A stretch of DNA of 64,000 bases, from positions 1-64,000 of IMG/VR virus record IMGVR_UViG_3300030108_004965; one strand, written 5' to 3'. Under the pieces are notes generated by a model. The model was not told the origin of the DNA. It saw only the letters and a program-made list of their open reading frames with translations, and did not search any database. Position numbers and translations under genes: made by a program. Below are positions 54,395 to 63,117 of the stretch, piece by piece; the stretch's first letter is position 1, and the number at the start of each line of letters is the position of its first letter. Source of the stretch: a virus.

Positions 54395-55168
54395 TTATTT
54401 GCAATGTTCTGTTTGATAAAATTCACATTTAGAGCAGGATTTCCTGTTTTTTACTTTTAATCCTGCCTTGATAGATCTGCATCCATCTGTTAAAAGTTTC
54501 ATAGCATTATTGGTCTTTCTTGTTCCGGAAGTTACTCGAAATATTTCAACCCGATCTTTTTTAGCCGTTCTTTTTAGGAGACCAAAATGAGTCTCAACAT
54601 TTTTTGGATCAATACCATGTTTCTCACAGAAAAACTTCTTATACAGGGTCAACTGATAGGTCACAAGACGTTCGGATCTCTTTTCAGCATCCCAACCCCA
54701 TGAGCAACTCTTCCAATCCAAAATGTGATACTTACCGTCCTCAGTTTTGATTACTAAATCTATAAATCCTTTGAGGTGCCACTTGTATTTTAATTCTCCT
54801 ATTGTTTGGTAAAGTTTTTCTTCCGTCGAAAAAACTTCATAAGATCCAAAGTGCTTTTTAAGTTGTGGAAAAACAGAAGGGGAAATTTCTCTCCCCTGCT
54901 GTCGCATATCTTTGATCAATTGGTTGTCGGGTTTTTCTTCCAGTTTCTTTAGTTCAACAAGAAATGCTAAATCAAAATGCTCATCGTAGTCAATCGGATC
55001 TAATTCGCCTTTTGCTATAAATTCACATACACTGTGGATTGCAGTCCCAAATGCAGTGAAAGCATTACCGGTAAACCCGTTAATGCCATCTATGTATTTT
55101 AGTTTATGTTTGAATGGGCATTCGGCCCACGTTTTCAACTCTGAAAACGAAATGTGTTGTTTTGTCAT
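54395..55168 (-). CDS. PD-(D/E)XK exonuclease, RecB/Cas4-like with putative Fe-S cysteines
   Basis: ISFSELKTWAECP, GTAIH, LKGFIDLV...ILDWKS, QLTLY, C-terminal CSKCEFYQTEHC. Confidence 0.85.
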   Translation of the reverse strand: MTKQHISFSELKTWAECPFKHKLKYIDGINGFTGNAFTAFGTAIHSVCEFIAKGELDPIDYDEHFDLAFLVELKKLEEKPDNQLIKDMRQQGREISPSVFPQLKKHFGSYEVFSTEEKLYQTIGELKYKWHLKGFIDLVIKTEDGKYHILDWKSCSWGWDAEKRSERLVTYQLTLYKKFFCEKHGIDPKNVETHFGLLKRTAKKDRVEIFRVTSGTRKTNNAMKLLTDGCRSIKAGLKVKNRKSCSKCEFYQTEHCK

Positions 55169-55833
55169 TAGTCCTCCAAATGAACAAGTGTGTCAATTAC
55201 CCCAAACAAAACAGGGCTTAATTGCTTTAATAATTCTTTGTCTCCAATAAAATATTCCTCAAAACCTCGAGCAAAATATTCACTTACAGATGTCGCTGCG
55301 TATCCAGACACAAAGATGTTTGCGACTATTTGATTAAGGATTTCATACCCGATTGTCTTGTAGAGAAAATCATCTATCTCTCTGTTATAATCAATGTCGC
55401 TCAAAAAGTTTTTTGGTACATCGTACATGTCTTGAATTATTGTATGTAGATTTTTTCTTTTTGCTTTGAACTCTCTCTGTAGGCTTCCTGTTCCATAAAT
55501 TATTTCTTCATTATTTTTTTCAACTGCGTGAGCCAATTCGTGTATGATGTCATCAATCATATCCATTTCATCGTCCTGATCATTAGTTACATAAATCGCG
55601 CCATCTTCGTAGTAGGCATTGATTTCTCTTTTCTTCATTTCCGGAAACTGTCCTACATAAATTATGTCAACATTTCTTGTAAAAGAAAATGGAACTCTTG
55701 CACTTATGTAGTTAAAGACAAAGTCAGGGTCAACATCATCTGGTAACCTATCTTTTATGTAAACATCTACACCACTGAGATTATACATGTCTTTCATTCT
55801 CCTACCTTTTTTGGCTGATTCTTCAATCCACAT
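55168..55833 (-). CDS. Putative zincin metallopeptidase
   Basis: IIHELAHAVE (HExxH) and distal SVSEYFARGFEEY. Confidence 0.6.
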   Translation of the reverse strand: MWIEESAKKGRRMKDMYNLSGVDVYIKDRLPDDVDPDFVFNYISARVPFSFTRNVDIIYVGQFPEMKKREINAYYEDGAIYVTNDQDDEMDMIDDIIHELAHAVEKNNEEIIYGTGSLQREFKAKRKNLHTIIQDMYDVPKNFLSDIDYNREIDDFLYKTIGYEILNQIVANIFVSGYAATSVSEYFARGFEEYFIGDKELLKQLSPVLFGVIDTLVHLED

Positions 55834-55860
55834 AAGTTTTATTCCTTGTTAATTATTATC

Positions 55861-55889
55861 AATATAACATAGGGGAAGAAGTTTGTCAA
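55861..55889 (-). promoter_or_regulatory. sigma70-type promoter for the peptidase/exonuclease genes
   Basis: Minus strand TTGACA-aacttcttcccctatgt(17 nt)-TATATT; AAGGA SD downstream before ATG 55833. Confidence 0.85.
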
Positions 55890-55890
55890 A

Positions 55891-56310
55891 TTATTTATTA
55901 GTCTTCATAATCCAATCAGCAATTGGCAATACCACATTCCAGTTTTGATTTGGGTTTTTCATGTGATGCTTCCAATGCCAGTTTTGGTATTTTTTTGCCC
56001 ACGACGGATTCCTATGTCCTAAATTGTGCAAGATAATAAAAGCTATTGCATAGACAACTGTAGCACAATAGAACATAGGACTAATAAGGATAATAGGCAA
56101 ATGGACAGCGCTAAGGAATAATAAGCCAATTGTTTCCCGCCTAGAAAATTGATTATCGTAGAAATTATTTTTGATACAGTCTGCATGGTGTTCCCTCAAA
56201 TGAAATGCCCAAAAACTACCTCTTTTTTTTCCGAGTTCATGAAATAATTTCTTGTGAACCCACCACTCTAAAAAACTTGCATAAACTGTTCCAAAAATAA
56301 ATCCTATCAT
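55891..56310 (-). CDS. Fatty acid hydroxylase / sterol desaturase superfamily membrane protein
   Basis: His boxes EWWVHKKLFH, HLREHH, HNLGH, HWKHH, then NWNVVLPIADWIMKT; hydrophobic helices. Confidence 0.82.
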   Translation of the reverse strand: MIGFIFGTVYASFLEWWVHKKLFHELGKKRGSFWAFHLREHHADCIKNNFYDNQFSRRETIGLLFLSAVHLPIILISPMFYCATVVYAIAFIILHNLGHRNPSWAKKYQNWHWKHHMKNPNQNWNVVLPIADWIMKTNK

Positions 56311-57650
56311 AATAATTTAGCGGCGGCGGTAGCCAACTTTGAGCGCTCTCCTTTTCTGAATGTTATGTGACCCGCCAGTTCGCTTTCTTTGAACTTCTCA
56401 ACAGCATATGTCAAACCGTTGCTTGTTTCGTTTGTGTAAACATTGTCAATTTGCTCGATGTCCCCAGTTAAAACAATCTTTGTGTTCTCGCCAATTCGAG
56501 TGATAATCGTCTTGACTTCGTGTGCCGTTAAGTTTTGGGCCTCATCTATAATTACAAACGCATTAGAAATTGACCGGCCTCTTATGTAAGTTAATGCCTC
56601 TACCTCGATTTTCCCTTTCTCCACATAAGCCTCTAACATCGTTCTATCGTCTCCCATGAGGTGACGGATGTTATCCTGAATGGGCTTTAACCACGGTAGC
56701 ATTTTTTCTTCCATTGTGCCGGGGAGAAACCCTATGTCTTTCCCTAAGGGCTGTACCGGTCTAGAGATGATAATTCGGCGATATTGGTCCCCTTTACCGC
56801 CCAGACCCTGCTCTAATCCAGCAGCAATGGCCATCAGCGTTTTTCCAGACCCCGCTTTACCGATCAAAGAGACCAAAGGGATTTCATCGTCGAACAAAAG
56901 ATCGAACGCAAAGGACTGCTCTTTGTTTCTAGGGTGCACTCCCCACATCAATTCATTTTTTAAATCTCTTATGTGTCGCAAAGGTTTTGAATACTCAGTA
57001 AATCTAGACAAGGCCGTCTTTTTTTCATTACTTGAAGCAACCAGCATAACAAACTCATTTGGGTAAAGTTTTATATTTTGTTCTATGCACAGTTCTTCAT
57101 CCAAATATACATCATCTCCGAGGTAAAATTGGTTCACTTGTTCTTCATCCACAAGAAGTTTTGTAAAACCTTCATAGATTTTATCAGCATCATCAACAAC
57201 TTTTGAATTTGAATAATCTTCGGTTAACAAACCAAGAGAATCCGCCACAACCCTCATATTGATATCCCTAGATACCACTATTGTTTTTCTTTTTGGATTT
57301 TCTGTTTTAATTGTTAATGCTGTTGCAAGAATGATGTGATCAGACATCTTGTGAGACAGGTCTCTTGGAAGCTCGTTAAAGGCTATTTCAGACGCTTTAA
57401 TTACACGAAGCACTCCTAACCCCTTTGCGATACGAACACCTCTAGAAAGGCTACCAGCGAGCCTCAGAGCATCAAAGTTTCTTATTGCTTGTCTAGCATG
57501 GTGACCGACAGAGTCCTGTCGCTTCTTGTGGAGGTCAATTTCCTCAAGGACTTTTAGTGGAACAATTATGTCATTGTTCTGGAATTTATAGATACAATTT
57601 GAATCTGTTAGAAATACACTTGTATCTATAATAAAATTCTTTTTAGCCAT
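56307..57650 (-). CDS. phoH: PIN-PhoH fusion (PhoH-family ATPase)
   Basis: PIN: IIDTSVFL..., EEID..K, DHIILA, SRDINMR. PhoH: GKAGSGKT, RPVQPLGKDIGFLPG, RGRSI, IIDEAQN, GDIEQID. Confidence 0.93.
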   Translation of the reverse strand: MAKKNFIIDTSVFLTDSNCIYKFQNNDIIVPLKVLEEIDLHKKRQDSVGHHARQAIRNFDALRLAGSLSRGVRIAKGLGVLRVIKASEIAFNELPRDLSHKMSDHIILATALTIKTENPKRKTIVVSRDINMRVVADSLGLLTEDYSNSKVVDDADKIYEGFTKLLVDEEQVNQFYLGDDVYLDEELCIEQNIKLYPNEFVMLVASSNEKKTALSRFTEYSKPLRHIRDLKNELMWGVHPRNKEQSFAFDLLFDDEIPLVSLIGKAGSGKTLMAIAAGLEQGLGGKGDQYRRIIISRPVQPLGKDIGFLPGTMEEKMLPWLKPIQDNIRHLMGDDRTMLEAYVEKGKIEVEALTYIRGRSISNAFVIIDEAQNLTAHEVKTIITRIGENTKIVLTGDIEQIDNVYTNETSNGLTYAVEKFKESELAGHITFRKGERSKLATAAAKLL

Positions 57651-60600
57651 CTCTTCCCCTGAGCATCTGCTCGATTATTGGTTTTAATTTATTTACTAGT
57701 TGCTCTTCTATACTTTCTCTTCCTTCAAGTGCTGCCTCTAGAGGATCTTTTTTATCGTCCTTCATAATTTTATACAAAGTTCTTATTTTTTGACTTTTAT
57801 TTTTTTCTTGACCTATAGAAATGAACTCTATTATAATATTGAATTCTGAATTTTTAAACTCTGCTATTGATTCGGTTTTTATTTCGCCCATCAAAACAAT
57901 CTGACCGACAACTGGTACGATTTCTGATATCATTTCCATCTCAGTATTTTTATTTTCTTGATAATAAAAATTTAAAGGCTCATCAGAAAGGCCAGCTTCA
58001 TTGTTATAATCCATCACAGCCTTAAAAATTCCTAAAAGTGAATCTTCAATTTTTTTATTTGCTTGTGTTTGTTCTTCCGGTTTGACATATGCTGTTGAGG
58101 AAACGAAAAGCGTACGAAGATCACTTGAAAATCTTTGTTTTATCTCTTCGATTTCATTTTGTGGCTCATCATCATCAACGCCCAATGCTTTATCTAAAGA
58201 ATCAACATAATCTTCTTCACCTGCGGGGTTTAAAGATGAGGAAAGATCATCATAAAGATCTACAAAGGTATTAGCCATTCTTTTTACATTCCCAAATACT
58301 TTGTTACTCAAATCTTTTGTTAAAGTACTGTAGGTATCTTTCAATTTATCAAATTTTTCTTGATAATCCCTGATAGAATCCGCTAAATTTTCTTCCAATT
58401 CCAAATCTTTGGATACAGAATTTTCATCCTCCACGAAGGACTTAAGTTTTTCATATACTTCTTTTTTATCTTCTAAGAACTTCCCTATGTCTCCAATCAA
58501 ATCTGGGTCTTCAAAATCATCAGATACCGCTGTTGGATCTTCGATCGGTGTTGCATAATCTCCTAAATCTGGGCTCCAATCTTCTAGTTTTTCATAAGCA
58601 CTTAGGAATTTCTTTAGGGCATCACTGGTTGGCTTGTCCATCCCAGCATCATATAACGAGATAACCTCTTCAATTTCATCAATAATCTCTTTCTTGTATT
58701 TTCCAATATCTTCATTTAGTGCCATCTCTCGAGTATAAGCAATGACAAGTTCATCAATCTCTTTGTTTGTCTTTAGCTCATCGCTTTCAAGTCTTTCGAT
58801 CAAATCCTTAAGATTATTGATTTTTGCTTCATACTTTTCAAACTCATCTTGAATTTCTTGTGGTGATAACTGCGGTTCATCAGAAAGCTCTGGTTCTACT
58901 TGATCTGTTGTCAAGGTATTTTGTTCCGGATTAGCGTCCTTCATAATTTTCTTGTCTTTTTTGGTGATCTTTGAAGGAATGTCAAACTTGTCCGCTATTA
59001 TGCTTGCCAACTCTTCTAGAGAAAGTGCTGCATCGCTGATTTGTTGAGGAGCAATTGACTGATCTTTGACTGTCATAAAGATGTCTCGCAAAACTTTAGA
59101 GAAAACTTTGATACTGCTTTCTAATTCTTCGATTGCATCATTCAAAGAAACTATTTGACCACCAGAACTAAGTCTTGTTCTAGGGAAATAAGGAACAATC
59201 TCTTTCGCCAAATCATACATTTCTTTGGCAACTTGCTTTGCTTTCGCATCGTTCCCAGATTCCATAGAAGGCTTTAGGCTTTTTACATATAAATTGCCAG
59301 TTTTATTAAAGAAATTCTCTACATTCCTGATTTTTTCTTTTCTGTCCACGTCACCTTCTTGTTCTTGGAGTTCCACTCCTTCGCCTGCTTCTGCTTCATA
59401 CTTCTGGTATGCTTTCAATAATTCATGCACAAGTCTTGCAAGGTGTGTTTGTACGTGACCCAAGATTGTATTTAGTGATTTTTCTAAACTTGTTCCATCA
59501 AATCTTTTGTTGGCGCTTGTTCTTGTTGCAGACTTTTCATATTCTTTTGCAATTCTTTTTGTTCTTGTAAGAAGATCTGCCATTGCTGATAGTTCTCTTT
59601 TAAGGGTAACCTTTTCGTTTCTATTGAACTCAAATTCTTCAACGGGGGCACTATCTCCTTGGACTCTTCTTTTCATCTTGTTTATTCTAGATGTAATGTC
59701 ATCGGAGGTATCCGAAAATCCTTTCTTAAATGCTTCTTTGCCCTTCTTGACAAGATCACCTACTGCTTCTGGTAATTCCTTAGGTTCAGTTGAGGGTTCT
59801 GTGGCTTCCTCATCTGGAGCCGGTGATTCTGGTCTTTCTGCTCTTGAGGGTTCAGCGTTTGTTAGCGCCGCTTGCTCTCCATCCGAGTCTCCCATTTTTC
59901 CTTTAATAATATCATCAAGATTTTTTACTAAATCGCGCAACATCATTCCTTGCGCAGATAGAAAAATTTGTTTCATAAAAGATGAGCCTTCTCCTTGCCC
60001 ATAGAAATTATCCATCTGTTTGTAAATGGCTTCACCATATGCTTCGGCTGTTACATTTGGTGAATTGTCGCTGAAGTCTTCTTCAGGGTCTGCTTCGTTC
60101 TCTGCTTGTTCGACTTCTTGCTTTTGTTCATCTTTATCTACTTCGAGTTCATTCCCCCCAGTTGTCACTGTTTGGTCTGTTTGAGGATCTTTGTCCTTGT
60201 CATCATCCGTGCCGGTATCTGTGCCTGTACTAGAGTCTAGGGCTGGTCTTATCAGAGCAAGTTCTTGTTTAGCAAAAACTTTCCTGAACTCTGCTTGTGC
60301 TTCTTCATCTTTGATGAATCTTATAAGAGCCTGAATAGACTCATCGCCTAAAGTTTTCCAAAGCCATTTTTTACCTTCTCTGAATTGTTTTTCTGGAACG
60401 CTTGTGTCTCCGAATTCGTATTCATTCAGTCTTCCATCTCCAAATGGTTGCTCGAGGAAATAGATGAAATAGGCGAGAGCCCGTCTTGTTACCTCATCAT
60501 TTACTAGATCAAACAAAGGCCTGTATTTTTGCTTTCCTATGACTTTTTCCGCATTTTGTTCTGCTTCGGTCGGCTTGAAATATTCTTCATTGCCATCATC

Positions 60601-61728
60601 CGTGTCGGTATCGGTATCTGTGTCCGTGTCGGTATCTGTGTCTGAGGATTCTTCTCCATCCCTTAACCACTTCATGAAGGGCTTACCGATTTTATAACCA
60701 CCGATAAATGGCACTGCATCAGGCACCTTGGCTTCTTCAAGTTCTTTTATTTTGGCTTTGAGGTCAGGATACCTTTCTGCTACTGTTAAAATATTCTGCA
60801 TCAATTTTTTAAAACCGACATCTTTTAAAATTTGAAGAGCAGCATCTTTTTCAAATTTTGCTTCAACTAACTTTTCGTAATTCTCTTCTCCAAGAATTTC
60901 TCTTCCTATTGCTTCTCCGCCCTCTGCTCCTGTTTTTTCCCAAACTGATTGAACCAACCAATCTACTGGGGTAAAAAGTACCTCTAGAACCCACGCAGCG
61001 GGGTCGCCAATGCCAAAAAGTTCGGCGCCATCTTGAGCGATGTCAGCAATCTGTCCGGCGGCGGGTATTTTTCTGACTGCTTTCATAAACCAAGGCTTTG
61101 CTTTTTGAGCCATTTGGGATTTTATAAATTCGCTCAAGAGTTTTGCTAACCCTTTAAGGTCAGAAGTTGTATCTGCTTTTATTGCTGTGCCGGATTTCTT
61201 CTCTGCTGCATTTTTCAGAATTTCTTTTTGTTCATCCGATAGACTATCTTTAAAATCTTTTGAGATACGTTCGTACGCTTTAGGATTATTCCCAATGGCT
61301 CGTAAAAATGCCTCCATTTGGTCATCAGTAATAGTCTTTTTGGTTGTATCTTTTTGTTGCTTCTTGAGGTCTTCGAGTGTATCCCTGACAAATCCTAAAA
61401 TTTGGTTACGTTCTTTCTCGTCTGTTATCTCGGACCACTTACCATAAGGGATCTTTCCTTTCTCTAAAGGGCCTTCATATTTTTTAACAAAAGCATCTAA
61501 TTTATCGTTATTCCTTGCCTTTCGTAAATTTCTTTTTATTCCCTGTAGGGCATTGTAGGCCTTTGATCCTCTTTTTATTACAGATTCTGCCTCCTCCAAC
61601 TCATCTTCCATCATTATCTCTTCGACGATCAATCGGTTAACAACGGATGACTCGGCAAGTTTTCGCTTGAGGATTTCTTGAATAAGAGGGTGTCTCCAAA
61701 CATCAATAGCAATTTCTTTATTGTTCAT
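57643..61728 (-). CDS. Very acidic 1361-aa protein, putative internal head/core protein
   Basis: D/E-rich helical ORF; repeated LxE junctions; ends SIEEQLVNKLKPIIEQML; GGAGG SD. Confidence 0.5.
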   Translation of the reverse strand: MNNKEIAIDVWRHPLIQEILKRKLAESSVVNRLIVEEIMMEDELEEAESVIKRGSKAYNALQGIKRNLRKARNNDKLDAFVKKYEGPLEKGKIPYGKWSEITDEKERNQILGFVRDTLEDLKKQQKDTTKKTITDDQMEAFLRAIGNNPKAYERISKDFKDSLSDEQKEILKNAAEKKSGTAIKADTTSDLKGLAKLLSEFIKSQMAQKAKPWFMKAVRKIPAAGQIADIAQDGAELFGIGDPAAWVLEVLFTPVDWLVQSVWEKTGAEGGEAIGREILGEENYEKLVEAKFEKDAALQILKDVGFKKLMQNILTVAERYPDLKAKIKELEEAKVPDAVPFIGGYKIGKPFMKWLRDGEESSDTDTDTDTDTDTDTDDGNEEYFKPTEAEQNAEKVIGKQKYRPLFDLVNDEVTRRALAYFIYFLEQPFGDGRLNEYEFGDTSVPEKQFREGKKWLWKTLGDESIQALIRFIKDEEAQAEFRKVFAKQELALIRPALDSSTGTDTGTDDDKDKDPQTDQTVTTGGNELEVDKDEQKQEVEQAENEADPEEDFSDNSPNVTAEAYGEAIYKQMDNFYGQGEGSSFMKQIFLSAQGMMLRDLVKNLDDIIKGKMGDSDGEQAALTNAEPSRAERPESPAPDEEATEPSTEPKELPEAVGDLVKKGKEAFKKGFSDTSDDITSRINKMKRRVQGDSAPVEEFEFNRNEKVTLKRELSAMADLLTRTKRIAKEYEKSATRTSANKRFDGTSLEKSLNTILGHVQTHLARLVHELLKAYQKYEAEAGEGVELQEQEGDVDRKEKIRNVENFFNKTGNLYVKSLKPSMESGNDAKAKQVAKEMYDLAKEIVPYFPRTRLSSGGQIVSLNDAIEELESSIKVFSKVLRDIFMTVKDQSIAPQQISDAALSLEELASIIADKFDIPSKITKKDKKIMKDANPEQNTLTTDQVEPELSDEPQLSPQEIQDEFEKYEAKINNLKDLIERLESDELKTNKEIDELVIAYTREMALNEDIGKYKKEIIDEIEEVISLYDAGMDKPTSDALKKFLSAYEKLEDWSPDLGDYATPIEDPTAVSDDFEDPDLIGDIGKFLEDKKEVYEKLKSFVEDENSVSKDLELEENLADSIRDYQEKFDKLKDTYSTLTKDLSNKVFGNVKRMANTFVDLYDDLSSSLNPAGEEDYVDSLDKALGVDDDEPQNEIEEIKQRFSSDLRTLFVSSTAYVKPEEQTQANKKIEDSLLGIFKAVMDYNNEAGLSDEPLNFYYQENKNTEMEMISEIVPVVGQIVLMGEIKTESIAEFKNSEFNIIIEFISIGQEKNKSQKIRTLYKIMKDDKKDPLEAALEGRESIEEQLVNKLKPIIEQMLRGRDG
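60601..60642 (-). repeat. Coding Asp-Thr dipeptide repeat (about 7 copies, synonymous codons vary)
   Basis: cgtgtcggtatcggtatctgtgtccgtgtcggtatctgtgtc; a related TGTDTGTDDD run occurs near 60200-60235. Confidence 0.85.
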
Positions 61729-61903
61729 CTTGAATTCCTCCCTCGAGACTTGAAATGTAAGCCAAGATCGCTTCCTTTATTTCATCATCGACAATTTCCT
61801 CGATTTTTTCCATTGCATTTGCTCTCATGCTCTTTTGTTGAACTTGAGCAGCCTCTAGTTCTTCTTTGATAATCTTGATCAATCTGTTTTTTGAAATCTT
61901 CAC
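61718..61903 (-). CDS. Small protein with MKIxKxxLxxIIKEEL leader motif (GTG start)
   Basis: GAGGT SD; MKISKNRLIKIIKEEL resembles a motif I recall recurring in large-phage head-associated proteins. Confidence 0.6.
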   Translation of the reverse strand: MKISKNRLIKIIKEELEAAQVQQKSMRANAMEKIEEIVDDEIKEAILAYISSLEGGIQDEQ

Positions 61904-61930
61904 TATTAATACCTCTAGACATTATGACTA

Positions 61931-61937
61931 TAAATAG
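61931..61937 (-). promoter_or_regulatory. Putative late-promoter motif CTATTTA upstream of the 61-aa and 1361-aa genes
   Basis: In the 45-nt intergenic gap: gtCTATTTAtagtcataatgtctaGAGGTattaataGTG. Confidence 0.5.
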
Positions 61938-61948
61938 ACTTCTTTTTA

Positions 61949-62194
61949 TTAATGTTCTACAGGTTTAATGCCCATCTCATTCATTTTTATAAGATATTCG
62001 AAAAAGGCTTTGATGCTTTCATCATTTTCTAGTTGATACCCAACAGTCCCAACGGCAGCGATCTCTTGTAGAGAAATACCGTGAGCGGCTGCTTCTTGGC
62101 ACCAGTAAATAATGCCCTTCATAATTTGCATAATTTCTGGATCTGCTTCGGCCTTTGTCAGAAAAGACTCTAAATTTTTATCACTTAATTTCAT
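61949..62194 (-). CDS. Hypothetical protein (81 aa)
   Basis: GGAG SD; overlaps the upstream stop codon. Confidence 0.6.
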   Translation of the reverse strand: MKLSDKNLESFLTKAEADPEIMQIMKGIIYWCQEAAAHGISLQEIAAVGTVGYQLENDESIKAFFEYLIKMNEMGIKPVEH

Positions 62195-62612
62195 TTAATT
62201 GCTCCATTGCTTTATTTACTAACCAAGAGGATGATTGCGGCTTATCTTTTCCTCCAATACCCCATAACATTTGTATTCCCATTTGTTCACACAAATCCAT
62301 TTCGGGGGTGTTTTCTTTTTTTCTATCTCCGCCGTTTGCGAATGCATCTGGTCTATGATATCCAATAGCATTACACACCGTTCCATCAGCGTCATTCACG
62401 CCGGTTACAAGACTAACTCCTTTGATGTTGCCCATAATGTAGGCTCTTTCTTTCCAAGGCATAAATACGTATCCTTTCTTTCTCATAAGCCAATCATCAG
62501 AATTGATGACCACAATGACAGTGCCCCACTTTGAAGCCTCCTCGATCATCTTAATATGTCCAATGTGAACCGGATCAAATCCACCACTCACCATAATTTT
62601 TTTCATTTTCAC
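62181..62612 (-). CDS. Cytidylyltransferase-family nucleotidyltransferase (TagD/RibL-like)
   Basis: VSGGFDPVHIGH, VINSDDWL.RKKG, FANGGDR, C-terminal QSSSWL. Confidence 0.88.
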   Translation of the reverse strand: MKMKKIMVSGGFDPVHIGHIKMIEEASKWGTVIVVINSDDWLMRKKGYVFMPWKERAYIMGNIKGVSLVTGVNDADGTVCNAIGYHRPDAFANGGDRKKENTPEMDLCEQMGIQMLWGIGGKDKPQSSSWLVNKAMEQLNEIK

Positions 62613-63106
62613 CTCGCAATAAAATTAAGCCAAATTTCTGGGACATCAAGATGGTGATAAAAATCTATGATGCTTACATTTGGTACGTATGGTGTTTTAA
62701 TTAGTCTCATAGAGGCCTCAGAAGGCGTTTTATTGCCTTTTTTTTGATTACAAGTGTGACAACAAGTAACAAGATTTAACCAGCCTCTACCACCCCCTCT
62801 AGACTTTGGAATAACGTGGTCCAATGATAATTCTTTGTATCTAAACTCTCCACTGCAATATTGACAAGTATACTTATCTCTCCAGTAAATGTTTTTTCTG
62901 GTTGGACTCATTGACACTCTTCTTTTCTGTATATAATTTTTAAGAACAATGACCGATGGAAACAAAAAACGGGCACATGGCCCGTGAGTATAATTCTCAA
63001 TAGGCTGTGCCCGTCCGCTGTAAACCATACAGAATCCTTTTTCTGCTGGTATTATTTCTATAGGACGCCAAGCAGCATCCAACTTTAGTGTCATTAAGTT
63101 CCGCAC
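62609..63106 (-). CDS. HNH endonuclease (McrA-like, Zn-binding); start may be ATG 63094
   Basis: RDKYTCQYC...LDHVIPKSRGG...NLVTCCHTCNQKKGNKTP. Confidence 0.92.
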   Translation of the reverse strand: MRNLMTLKLDAAWRPIEIIPAEKGFCMVYSGRAQPIENYTHGPCARFLFPSVIVLKNYIQKRRVSMSPTRKNIYWRDKYTCQYCSGEFRYKELSLDHVIPKSRGGGRGWLNLVTCCHTCNQKKGNKTPSEASMRLIKTPYVPNVSIIDFYHHLDVPEIWLNFIAR

Positions 63107-63110
63107 ATAT

Positions 63111-63117
63111 TAATTAG
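63111..63117 (-). promoter_or_regulatory. Putative late-promoter motif CTAATTA upstream of the HNH gene
   Basis: gcCTAATTAatatGTG(63106). Confidence 0.35.

Noticed and set aside
54373-54407. Canonical sigma70 promoter for hsp20
   Set aside because: TATAAT and TATAGT are present, but the only -35-like hexamer (TTGCAA) gives 14- or 20-nt spacing; no CIRCE repeat was seen.
54395-55168. Cas4-like nuclease as evidence of CRISPR-Cas
   Set aside because: No repeat-spacer array or other cas genes in the window; stand-alone Cas4/RecB-like exonucleases are common in phages.
61929-61936. T4 late promoter TATAAATA on the plus strand
   Set aside because: It points antisense to all genes and is better explained as the reverse complement of the minus-strand CTATTTATA motif.
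62609-63106. HNH as an intron-encoded homing endonuclease
   Set aside because: The flanking genes are intact and no interrupted host gene or intron structure is visible.
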